Shown here one piece after another: positions 1 to 8,202 of a DNA stretch of 38,925 nt (positions are counted from its first letter, which is position 1; the number at the start of each line of letters is the position of its first letter). The translations under genes and the position numbers were made by a program. The notes under the pieces were generated by a model. It ran no database searches. It saw nothing but the letters and a program-made list of their open reading frames with translations, and was not told where the DNA came from. Source of the DNA: a virus. Lineage: Duplodnaviria > Caudoviricetes. The stretch is taken from positions 1 through 38,925 of the IMG/VR virus record IMGVR_UViG_3300042988_000558; one strand, given 5' to 3'.

Positions 1-127
1 AAAGACCCTGAGACCGGCGCCCGGCGCTACGTCGACCGGCCGCGCCATGAGTGGCAGGTGCGCGATGCGCCCGAGCTGCGCATCGTCGACGAGGCCACCT
101 GGCGCGCGGTGCGCGAGCGCCAGCGCA
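1..127. repeat. Terminal direct repeat, copy 1 (assembly overlap indicating a circular contig)
   Basis: 1-127 is identical to 38799-38925, and the integrase frame is continuous across the join. Confidence 0.97.
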
Positions 128-852
128 GCGGCCCGGCCCGCGGCACACGCACTGGCGCCGGTGCCCCGCTGCGCACCCTGTTCGCCGGCGTGCTGCGCTG
201 CCCCGCCTGCGCCGGCCCGATGACGGCCATCGACGCGCGGCGCTACGGCTGCAACGTGCACCACGACCGCGGCGCCAGCGTCTGCGGCAACGCCACGGCC
301 TACCAGCGCCGGGCGGTCGACCAGGCGCTGCTGACGGTGGTGCGAGACGAGCTGCTCAGCCCGGCGGCCATGGCGGATCTGCACCGCGCCGTGCGCGAGG
401 CGCTGGCCAGTGCGCAGCGTGGCGGCAGGAAGGCCAAGCCGGCACGTCAGGAAGCCCTGCAGGCCGAGATCGCGCGCCTGGTCGATGCGGTGGCCCAGGT
501 TGGCCTGTCCGGTGCTCTGCAGGCCCGCCTGGCGGAGGCAGAGGCCGAGCTTGAGGCGCTGCGCCAGGCCGCGCCGCCGGTGGCTGCACCGGCGCCCACC
601 GCCGCGCAGATCATGGCGGCCTACCGGCGCCAGATGCTGCAGCTCAGGGACGCGCTGGAGAGCGACGCCGATCGGGACCGCACCCGCGCGCTGCTGGCCG
701 GGCTGCTCGGGCCGGTGCAGCTGGTGCGCGACGCTGCAGGAGCGTGGGCAGAAATGGAAGAGCCCGCCGCGCGTCTTGCGCTGGCGGGCTCGCCTGTGGG
801 AGTGGTTGCGGGGGCGTGCAATGGCTACCGGAGGCGGGTGCGGATCAAGTGA
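1..852 (+). CDS. int: Large serine recombinase/integrase, C-terminal part (zinc ribbon and coiled coil); continues from 38052, 532 aa in total
   Basis: LFAGVLRCPACAGPM...YGC...C zinc ribbon followed by a coiled coil; in frame with the resolvase domain starting at 38052. Confidence 0.95.
   Translation, partial: KDPETGARRYVDRPRHEWQVRDAPELRIVDEATWRAVRERQRSGPARGTRTGAGAPLRTLFAGVLRCPACAGPMTAIDARRYGCNVHHDRGASVCGNATAYQRRAVDQALLTVVRDELLSPAAMADLHRAVREALASAQRGGRKAKPARQEALQAEIARLVDAVAQVGLSGALQARLAEAEAELEALRQAAPPVAAPAPTAAQIMAAYRRQMLQLRDALESDADRDRTRALLAGLLGPVQLVRDAAGAWAEMEEPAARLALAGSPVGVVAGACNGYRRRVRIK
791..836. other. attP: Predicted attP inside the integrase 3' end; core matches the tRNA-fMet 3' end
   Basis: TGGTTGCGGGGGC (803-815) is the reverse complement of GCCCCCGCAACCA; imperfect dyad CGCCT/AGGCG and TTGC/GCAA centred on GG 813-814. 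Confidence 0.75.
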
Positions 853-855
853 TCG

Positions 856-2295
856 TCAATCTCCGGTTTCGCTGAAAAGCTGGTAGTCGAGCACGCCGGC
901 TTGAACGTATCCAGCATACTGTTTACGCCCGCCTGCTGATTTTCCTTCAGGTGGAATATTTTCGTCTGCCCATCCAATTTCAATGGTGGCCACGTTAAGG
1001 CGCAGCGTTTGATCTAAAGTGCGCGCGCGGACTTCAAATGTGCTTAATGGCCTTGGACCAGAATACCCGGTTTCACCGGCAGCTTCAAAAGAAACATAAG
1101 CTGTAGCACCATCAATAAGCGGAAGTGCTGGAAATCTAAATGCCATTTGAGAAGGTCGCATAACTATGATGGTGCATGTGACCTCTTCAACGACCCCAGG
1201 GTATAACTCCCACTCTCTAATAAGAGCTGAATATTCTTCTTCATTTCCACCAGGAAAATCATTAACAAGCTCTATCCAGTCACCTCTATTTTCTCGAACT
1301 TCAAACGTAGCAGAACTGAGCAGTTCATACGAATCTTCTGAAAACGCGGCAAAGAATGGACTTAAGCGGCCTACGCTTATATACCCGCCGCCGATCATCA
1401 TCCAATTGCATGCCCGCGGGTTGTCCAAGAACCCAATTACGCGCGGCGCATTCCAATCTTGTCCTTGGAATTCAACGACGACATTGTCACCAACTTCAAA
1501 TACTGAAGCGTTGCATGTCATATAGACGATCGGGACGTTCGTCAACGTTGACGCCTGATTGACCGACAACCGCTGCGCGCTGGATGTCGACGCGAACAGC
1601 GTCACCGATGCCGTGTCGGCGTCTTCGTCCAGTGCCGTGATCGTGCCCCACCGATATGTCGGCTTGAACTTCTGCCAGCCCGGCAGGATCGCAGCGTTGA
1701 AGTACGCCTGCCATGGCGCCATCAGGTTTCGTGACAGGAAAGCACCGTCTGTGCTTAGCACTGGCTGCCGGCCGCCAGGCGCGATCAGCAGCAGATCGGA
1801 CTCTCCGGGGATGTCCAGCGTCGCCACGTACCCGGTGGCGTCTTCCGTGAAGTCCGTGCACCAGGCGTCGCGCGTCTCGGTCAAGACTTGGGCCTGCCAC
1901 CCTGCAAGCGCCTTGTCGATGGTCGTCTTGGCGTGAGAGAGCATGTTGCGATTTGCCAGCGCGGCAGAGTGGTCAGCCTTGGCTCGGATGTACGCGGCCT
2001 GCGCTTGGTTGTAGCGGTCGACGATCGCTATGAACTCTTCTTCGTCTTCTGGCTCAATCTCCCCGCGCTGCAACGCGATGTAGGCGTCCGTCGCTTCGTT
2101 GTACTCCGTGGTTGCCTCGTTCAGCGTGACCGTCTTTGCATCAAGCTCAGCCTGCGCAACGGTAAGCCGCTCTTGCGCTGCCGAGGCTTGCTGTGTGAAG
2201 CGCGTCACCAGCGCGTCGCGCATCGCTTCGCCGATGTCCAGCGAGATGGTGTAGCGACCGTCCGTGCCGCCGCCGACGATCAGCGCGTAGCCCAT
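856..2295 (-). CDS. Tail-tip/spike-like protein: coiled coil, gp5/gpV-type OB-fold-like segment and low-GC C-terminal domain
   Basis: 479 aa, last gene of the tail operon; motif GDNVVVEFQGQDWNAPRVIGF; 3' part is AT-rich. Confidence 0.6.
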   Translation of the reverse strand: MGYALIVGGGTDGRYTISLDIGEAMRDALVTRFTQQASAAQERLTVAQAELDAKTVTLNEATTEYNEATDAYIALQRGEIEPEDEEEFIAIVDRYNQAQAAYIRAKADHSAALANRNMLSHAKTTIDKALAGWQAQVLTETRDAWCTDFTEDATGYVATLDIPGESDLLLIAPGGRQPVLSTDGAFLSRNLMAPWQAYFNAAILPGWQKFKPTYRWGTITALDEDADTASVTLFASTSSAQRLSVNQASTLTNVPIVYMTCNASVFEVGDNVVVEFQGQDWNAPRVIGFLDNPRACNWMMIGGGYISVGRLSPFFAAFSEDSYELLSSATFEVRENRGDWIELVNDFPGGNEEEYSALIREWELYPGVVEEVTCTIIVMRPSQMAFRFPALPLIDGATAYVSFEAAGETGYSGPRPLSTFEVRARTLDQTLRLNVATIEIGWADENIPPEGKSAGGRKQYAGYVQAGVLDYQLFSETGD

Positions 2296-2298
2296 AAA

Positions 2299-3696
2299 TC
2301 AGGTCGTCCTGTCGCCGACGTCCATGTACTGATCGAAGCCCGGAACGTAGTAGTTGATGTATCGCACGATGATCTCCTCCTGATCAAGGAACGCCCTGTT
2401 GCCTGGGCGCAGGAGCCAGTCGATGCTGCACCTGACGCGCGTGGTGCCGCTGTTGCGCGACACGGTGCGAATGCCGGTCAAGACGCGATCCTGTGCCGCA
2501 GACGGGTCTTCGTTGTAGGTCAGCGATGCGGTGTAACCGCTGAGCGTTGCGGTGTAGTTGCTCGGACCATAGTCGATGGAAACCGTCTGATTCTGAGCAC
2601 GCGCCATTTCGTACTCGATTTCGTTTCCGTCAAGCAGCTGGCCTCTGCGCGAGATGACGAACTCGGTGGCCGCTTCGATGTCAGGCACCCAGGCCGCGGC
2701 GGCAGGCACGACGCTCTGCACGTAGCTCTGCACGTCTGTTTGCAGCGTGGCCTGCCAGCTCGATATGGGCACGCGCACCAGACCGCCTGGCGTCACCAGG
2801 TCCATGACGTAGCGCGTTGGCGCAGTTTCATCGATGGCATCCGTAAAGTCGTGCCATGCGACCACTTGCGCCGCGCCTTCTAAGATGTTTGGAAGCGAGG
2901 CGCGAGCGTATAGGGCGTGCGCGCGCAGCGCTGGCGCTCCGAGCAAAGTATCGACAGCGACGAATCCATACAGGCTGTGCGCCAGGACTTCAACGTCTTG
3001 ACCAAGAATGGCCGCGACAGCGACAACGCCCTCTGGTGTCGGTGGGCCTTCGTCAGGGAAGGCTTCTGTCTGTGCCGTGTAGCCAGCCGTGTACCGACCG
3101 ATGCCCTTGGTGATGCGGACCTCGTCGAAACGGCCGACGAAGCCTTCGCCGGCCGCAAGGAAATTGATGTCCGGCTGATAGTCGGTCGAGTCGGATGCCG
3201 AAGCGACCTCTACCCCGTTGACGAAAAGCTTCAGGGTGCCGGAAGCCCGCGACGCGGCCCACGACACCCAAGAGCCAGTATTGACCGCAGCCGAAGTTGC
3301 CCCGGCGATCTTGACTGCGGCTCCAATCGCCGGGTAACGCCACCACTCCAGATAGCCCGAAGCGTTGATTAGGACGTACCAGCGCCAGTCGTCTTGATCT
3401 GAAGGAAGGGCGTTCAGAATCGGCACGCTGGAAGCCGTGGTCTTCACTTGCCCTTCGACAGTGAAATCGCCAGTGCCGAAATTGAACTCGGTAGACGAGT
3501 CGACGGCAATCTGCCACCCAGGATCGGTGGTCATGTTCAGCGCCGCGGTGCCGAATGCCGGCGACGTTGTCGAAAGCGTGGCTCCAGAAACGGTGACAGA
3601 CCAGCCGACGGGACTGCTGTCTACAGTCGTCGTTGCGCCATTCGTCCCGTCGAAATGCAGCAGCAGGACGACGCTAGAGAAGTAGTCGTCGTACAT
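2299..3696 (-). CDS. Tail protein with N-terminal LamG/concanavalin-A-like domain
   Basis: SVVLLLHFDGTNGATT...FGTGDFTVEG...LKLFVNG...GRFDEVRITKGIGRYTAGYT is typical of phage LamG-like domains. Confidence 0.8.
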   Translation of the reverse strand: MYDDYFSSVVLLLHFDGTNGATTTVDSSPVGWSVTVSGATLSTTSPAFGTAALNMTTDPGWQIAVDSSTEFNFGTGDFTVEGQVKTTASSVPILNALPSDQDDWRWYVLINASGYLEWWRYPAIGAAVKIAGATSAAVNTGSWVSWAASRASGTLKLFVNGVEVASASDSTDYQPDINFLAAGEGFVGRFDEVRITKGIGRYTAGYTAQTEAFPDEGPPTPEGVVAVAAILGQDVEVLAHSLYGFVAVDTLLGAPALRAHALYARASLPNILEGAAQVVAWHDFTDAIDETAPTRYVMDLVTPGGLVRVPISSWQATLQTDVQSYVQSVVPAAAAWVPDIEAATEFVISRRGQLLDGNEIEYEMARAQNQTVSIDYGPSNYTATLSGYTASLTYNEDPSAAQDRVLTGIRTVSRNSGTTRVRCSIDWLLRPGNRAFLDQEEIIVRYINYYVPGFDQYMDVGDRTT

Positions 3697-3702
3697 GCGG
3701 CT

Positions 3703-4095
3703 TTACCCGATGGTGGCGCTCAGGATCTCCACCGGTGCTCCGCTGACGATGGTCAGCGTGTTCAGCACGATCTTCCCGGCTACGGCCACCGTCCCGGCCT
3801 GGGCCGGCAGCGCCAGGTGCACGTCACCATCGCTGTCGCAGAACTCGGCATAGGCTGCCGTGCCGCTGGCGTTCGCGCTCTCGTCGCGTCCATTGAAGGA
3901 GAACGTGAGCTGCCCTGTCGTTCCGTGCACGCTGCCGCATGGATCGGCCAGCGGGCACACGGCCAGCAGCACGTCGGCCGAGCTGCGGATGTTCACGTAG
4001 CCGGCGCCGCTCCCGCTGTCGATCAGGTCACGAAACGACGTGTGAGCGGCAACGAGTGCCGCGCCAGAGTAGGTCGCAACGCTTGGTACTGCCAT
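3703..4095 (-). CDS. Virion structural/tail protein
   Basis: 130 aa, beta-rich, within the tail-tip gene cluster. Confidence 0.6.
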   Translation of the reverse strand: MAVPSVATYSGAALVAAHTSFRDLIDSGSGAGYVNIRSSADVLLAVCPLADPCGSVHGTTGQLTFSFNGRDESANASGTAAYAEFCDSDGDVHLALPAQAGTVAVAGKIVLNTLTIVSGAPVEILSATIG

Positions 4096-4107
4096 GGTTG
4101 GCTCCTG

Positions 4108-4461
4108 TCAGGTTGTCAGTTTCTCGATCACCAGAAGCCGCAGCTGAGACTCGTCTGTGCCTGGGGTGTAGGACTCCACCGCGACCAGGTACATGGCGCC
4201 GTCGATGGACACGTTCAGGCGCCCGTACAGCCTCGCCAGGCGGTCGATGGCCGCCTCGGTGACGCGATCTGTCGGCTCCCACGCCAGCGCGATGGTCTTG
4301 TCGGCCTCGGCATAGCCGAAGTCGTTGATCACGGCCCCGCCGTCGAGCGTGGCGATGCGGTTCACGCGCCGGCGGCGTTCCTGAAACGCACTGCCGGGCC
4401 TGACCTGCAGCGTCAGAAATCCTGCCGGATCGAATTCGAGTGTAGAGATCGTGGCCAGCAT
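4108..4461 (-). CDS. Putative distal tail protein
   Basis: 117 aa immediately after the tape measure gene; RRVNRIATLDGGAVINDFG motif. Confidence 0.55.
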   Translation of the reverse strand: MLATISTLEFDPAGFLTLQVRPGSAFQERRRRVNRIATLDGGAVINDFGYAEADKTIALAWEPTDRVTEAAIDRLARLYGRLNVSIDGAMYLVAVESYTPGTDESQLRLLVIEKLTT

Positions 4462-4464
4462 GTT

Positions 4465-6435
4465 TTACACCCCCAGCAGCATGGCCAGCCCGTCGGCGTT
4501 CACACGGACCTGGATCGTCTTCAGGATCTCCCACATGAACGCCTCCAGGTGCGGCTGCAGCCCGGCGCCGTCGATCTTGATGATCCCCTCGCCCTGCTGC
4601 ATGGCAGTGGTGCGGGCCTTGATCTCTTCGATCTGAGCCTCGGTCAGTTTCTTCTGCAGATCGAGCGCTTCTTCGCGGCGTTTGTTCTCAAGGTCCAACT
4701 GCCGCTCGATGATGTCGAATGCAGCCGTGTTCGGAGTCGCATTGGCAAGCACGCCGAACAGGTCGCCGATCAGGTCGGCGGTGCTGTTCACCGTGTTGTC
4801 GATCGACGAGAACGCGGCCTTGATGCGCTCGGTCTGCGCTTCCAGGTCGGCCACCTTCAGCGTGACCACGGCCTCGATGTTCTTGATCCGCTCGTTGCTC
4901 GCGATCTTCTCCATCTCGATCGCGAATTTCTGCGCCGCTTCTTCGGCCTTTTTCGTCTCGTTGGCCGTCTTCTTCATCGAGTCGGTCTGCTTGTCAGCCG
5001 CCTCGGTGGTCTTGGTGAACGACGGTGACAGGTCGTCTTGCTTGACCTTGAGCAGCTCCAGCGCCACGCTGAAATCATCGGCCGACAGCTTGCCCGACTC
5101 GAACGCCTTGTTCAGCGCCGCTTCGATCCCGCCCAGGTCCGCGCCGGCCGGCAGGTTCTGCAGCGCGCCGACCAGGCCGACGATGATCTGCTCGCCAGAT
5201 GCCGCGACGTTGGTGGCCAGACCCTGGAAGGCCTCGACGATCAGCTTGATCGGGTCGTCGAAAATCTTGGGGTCGATGCCTAGGGCCTTCAGTGCCTTGT
5301 CGACCTCGGCAGAGGCCTTGGTCATGTCGGTGGCCGACGCGGCGCCCTTGGCCATGCCATCGGCGATGGCGTCGCCGGCATCTTTGCCGGCCGTGGCCAC
5401 GTCCTTGGTCTGGTCTTCTGTGCCGGCCAGCGCGTCGATCAGGCTCTTGGTGCCGCCGGCCGCCTTGTCAAGCGCCTCGCGGAAGCGATCACCGAATCCG
5501 CTCCAGTCGCCGGTGTTGACGCTGTAAGCGAAATTTCCGAACGTCTCGCCAAACAGCCTGATGGCAGAGATGGCACCCGTCAGTATGGCCGTGACCGCGT
5601 TCACGCCGACGATCAACGCATCGAATGCGCCAGCGTTGCCGAGGTCGATGAACGCCAGCGAAATCGCTGTCCGCAGGTTGTTCATCGACGCCACGTAGCC
5701 GTCGAACGATGCGCCGCCGAATGTCTTGTTCAGCTCGTCTGCGAACTTCGGCAGGAAGTCCTCGGCGATGATCTTGCCGCCCTGCAGCAGCTTGCCGAGT
5801 TCCTCGGTCGTGACGCCGACGGCGTTGGCCGCGACCTGGAAAGCGCCCGGCAGCCGCTCGCCCAGCTGGCCGCGCAGTTCCTCGGCACTGACCGTTCCCT
5901 TGGACACCATCTGCGACACGGCCAGCAGAGCGCCCTCGGTCTCTCCGCTGCTCTTGCCCAGGGCCGCCATGGCGCGCGACACGGCCTCGAACACGTCGCG
6001 CGTGGCCTTGCCTTCGAGCACGGTGCCCAGGGTGGCGGCTGACAGCTGCGCGTAAGCGTTCGCGGTCGAGAACAGGTCCAGCCCAAGCTGCTGCGCGAAG
6101 CCGCTGATGTAGTCGAACTCTTCGGCCGCGGCCGCGCTGCTGCCCTTGAGCAGCGTCATCGTCCGCTCGAACTTCTCGGCTTCGACGTTCGCGTCGATGA
6201 ACGCCTTGACGATCAGCGACGCGGCCAGGGCCTTGAGCGCCGTCGTGACGGTGTCTATGCCGGCGCTTTTCTTGCCGAGGTCTTCCACCTCGGTCCCGAG
6301 CTTGCCTACATCCGTCGTTGCGCCTTCCGCCTCGGCGCCGACGGCGGTGAACGTCTTGGCGATCTTGTCGGTCGTGACCGTGATCTGGTCATCGCCCTGG
6401 AAGATGATCGAGACCGTCTTGGTCAGGTCAGCCAT
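4465..6435 (-). CDS. Tail tape measure protein
   Basis: 656 aa, Ala-rich and helical, with ALLAVSQMVSKGTVSAEELRGQLGERLPGA tape-measure motif; follows the chaperone genes. Confidence 0.93.
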   Translation of the reverse strand: MADLTKTVSIIFQGDDQITVTTDKIAKTFTAVGAEAEGATTDVGKLGTEVEDLGKKSAGIDTVTTALKALAASLIVKAFIDANVEAEKFERTMTLLKGSSAAAAEEFDYISGFAQQLGLDLFSTANAYAQLSAATLGTVLEGKATRDVFEAVSRAMAALGKSSGETEGALLAVSQMVSKGTVSAEELRGQLGERLPGAFQVAANAVGVTTEELGKLLQGGKIIAEDFLPKFADELNKTFGGASFDGYVASMNNLRTAISLAFIDLGNAGAFDALIVGVNAVTAILTGAISAIRLFGETFGNFAYSVNTGDWSGFGDRFREALDKAAGGTKSLIDALAGTEDQTKDVATAGKDAGDAIADGMAKGAASATDMTKASAEVDKALKALGIDPKIFDDPIKLIVEAFQGLATNVAASGEQIIVGLVGALQNLPAGADLGGIEAALNKAFESGKLSADDFSVALELLKVKQDDLSPSFTKTTEAADKQTDSMKKTANETKKAEEAAQKFAIEMEKIASNERIKNIEAVVTLKVADLEAQTERIKAAFSSIDNTVNSTADLIGDLFGVLANATPNTAAFDIIERQLDLENKRREEALDLQKKLTEAQIEEIKARTTAMQQGEGIIKIDGAGLQPHLEAFMWEILKTIQVRVNADGLAMLLGV

Positions 6436-6616
6436 GCTTGGCCTCCGCTGCCTTGCGCTCGTAGTAGGCCGCCCACAGGCCGAGTTCCTCGTCCGTCAGG
6501 AAGCCCTGCGGGATGATGTCGGGCCGATGCTCGTGGAGGAAGCCGCCGCGCTGTTCGAGCAGCTGCATGCTGACCCTCAGTCCGTGGTCTGCAGCGAGGC
6601 GGCTGGCGCTTTTCCC
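6428..6616 (-). CDS. -1 frameshift extension of the tail assembly chaperone (gpGT-like)
   Basis: Slippery G GGA AAA at 6616-6610; the -1 frame stays open (KSASRL...LWAAYYERKAAEAKHG) to TGA at 6430-6428. Confidence 0.8.
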   Translation of the reverse strand, partial: GKSASRLAADHGLRVSMQLLEQRGGFLHEHRPDIIPQGFLTDEELGLWAAYYERKAAEAKHG

Positions 6617-7035
6617 AGGTCGAAGCCCTTGCCCGTCAGCTCCGTGATCTCGTTCGTGAGCGTCAGGAACTCGATCGGGAACGCCTCGGCCAGCTTCACG
6701 GCGGCCGGCAACTCGATCGCCGGCGCCACGGACCCCATGACCAGCATTTCCAGGCGCTTGGCGATCTCGCCCGGCGTGTCTGCCGTCAGGCCCAGGGCCT
6801 TGCGCACCGCCTGCGCCTGGTCGCCGCTGGCGGCCAGGGCCTTGACGATGCTCTCGATGCTGCCCTGACGCTTGCCGGCTTCCATGGCGCGGTGCAGCTC
6901 GCTCGACGTGAGCCCGCGCACCTGCCAGGCCGGCGCCTCGCCGTCGTCGAAGAACGGCGCCAGGGCTGGCACCGCCACCGTCGCGCGGCGCGGTTCCAGC
7001 TTCGCGCGCTCGAACTTCGCCGCGTCGAAGGCCAT
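6577..7035 (-). CDS. Tail assembly chaperone (gpG-like)
   Basis: 152 aa from ATG 7035 (TGATG overlap with the major tail gene); lies between tail tube and tape measure genes and ends in a slippery site. Confidence 0.8.
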   Translation of the reverse strand: MAFDAAKFERAKLEPRRATVAVPALAPFFDDGEAPAWQVRGLTSSELHRAMEAGKRQGSIESIVKALAASGDQAQAVRKALGLTADTPGEIAKRLEMLVMGSVAPAIELPAAVKLAEAFPIEFLTLTNEITELTGKGFDLGKAPAASLQTTD

Positions 7036-8009
7036 CAGTTCACCTCGGCCGCTGCAGCCGAGGCCGAGATCGTGCACGCGGCCTGGATCGAATCGCCGGC
7101 CGGGAACGTGCGCGAGATGCCGAGCTTGCCCTGCGCCAGGATGTACGGCGAGGCGTAGCGGTCTGGGAAGAACTTGAACCACAGGGTCAGGTTCTTGAGC
7201 AGTACCAGCGCGTCGGCCACACCGTTGTTCAGGTAGGCCGTAAAGCTGCCCTGGCCGAGCGTGCTCGAGGTGGCGCCCAGCGTGGTGCCGTACACCTGCG
7301 TCGAGCTGACCGAGTGCGAGGTCTCTGGCGGCACGAAGTCGCTGGACAGCGCCACGTCGGCGAAGATCGGCGAGGCATAGCTCGCGTAGACCTTCTTCGG
7401 CACGGCGCCGGTGTGGATTTCTGGCAGTGCGCCGAGAAAAGTCACGGTGCCGCTGCCGTAGTTCACATCCCACAGCGGAAAGTCGGCGCGCTCGGTGTGC
7501 AAGCCCACCACCTGGAAGATCTCGGAGGCCGCCACCGCCCCAGCGGCTTGAGTCGTCACGCGAACCTGTGCGATCTCGACCGACCCGACCGGGATCAACG
7601 GCGGCCCGCCGTTGGCGGCGCGAGTCTCGCTGAATGCCGTGCTTCCACTGTCGGCGCCGGCAACCACCGCAATGGCGCCGCTGCTGTTGATGGTGATCGA
7701 GCATACCTTCGCAAATGCGCCGGCCGGTCGCGTGATGGTGGCGGTGCCCGCACCCACCGACGTGACGACGCCGGCCAGGTTGAGCGTCAGCGCAGCGACG
7801 GTGACCTTGTCGTTGTCGGCGTGCACGGACACCGCGCCGCCGGTCAGCAGGCCGTTAGGCCGCACGACAGGAGCGTATCCAGAGCGTGCCGACCAAAGCG
7901 TCGCAGCGCTGGTGAACGTGGTTTCGTCGCCGCTGTTTGTCAGCTCCGACATGGCGACGGCGTTCTGCCCCGCCTCGTATTGCAGTTTCGCATTCTCAGC
8001 GGTTGCCAT
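7035..8009 (-). CDS. Major tail (tube) protein
   Basis: 324 aa, beta-rich, upstream of chaperone and tape measure genes; tube-like C-terminus (GSFTAYL...LWFKFFPDR...ISRTFPAGDSIQAACTIS). Confidence 0.75.
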   Translation of the reverse strand: MATAENAKLQYEAGQNAVAMSELTNSGDETTFTSAATLWSARSGYAPVVRPNGLLTGGAVSVHADNDKVTVAALTLNLAGVVTSVGAGTATITRPAGAFAKVCSITINSSGAIAVVAGADSGSTAFSETRAANGGPPLIPVGSVEIAQVRVTTQAAGAVAASEIFQVVGLHTERADFPLWDVNYGSGTVTFLGALPEIHTGAVPKKVYASYASPIFADVALSSDFVPPETSHSVSSTQVYGTTLGATSSTLGQGSFTAYLNNGVADALVLLKNLTLWFKFFPDRYASPYILAQGKLGISRTFPAGDSIQAACTISASAAAAEVN

Positions 8010-8202
8010 TTTGGGCTCCTTGGTCCTTGCGTGGGCGGCCTGGGCCGCGCTTCATGGGTTGATCGGATTCGGGCTGTGGCACTGGATGGTCGACCAGTTC
8101 GTGCCTGGACGGGTCATAGTGCGCGGCGGCGATCCAGTGCCATCCGCGCGGGCCGTCGCGCTTCACGCGCAGCTTGGCCGAAGGCGTGAACACGTCAGCC
8201 AT
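7996..8202 (-). CDS. Small protein with AT-hook motif
   Basis: 68 aa from ATG 8202 (TGATG overlap); contains KRGPGRPRK. Confidence 0.65.
   Translation of the reverse strand: MADVFTPSAKLRVKRDGPRGWHWIAAAHYDPSRHELVDHPVPQPESDQPMKRGPGRPRKDQGAQNGNR

Noticed and set aside
1-127. Biological terminal repeat of the virion DNA
   Set aside because: 127 bp matches a common assembler k-mer length and falls mid-integrase, so it is best explained as a circular-assembly overlap
803-815. A tRNA gene
   Set aside because: Only the 13-nt 3' end matches; there is no T-arm or cloverleaf, so it is interpreted as an att core
856-3696. Diversity-generating retroelement acting on the variable tail-tip gene
   Set aside because: No reverse transcriptase ORF and no template/variable repeat pair seen
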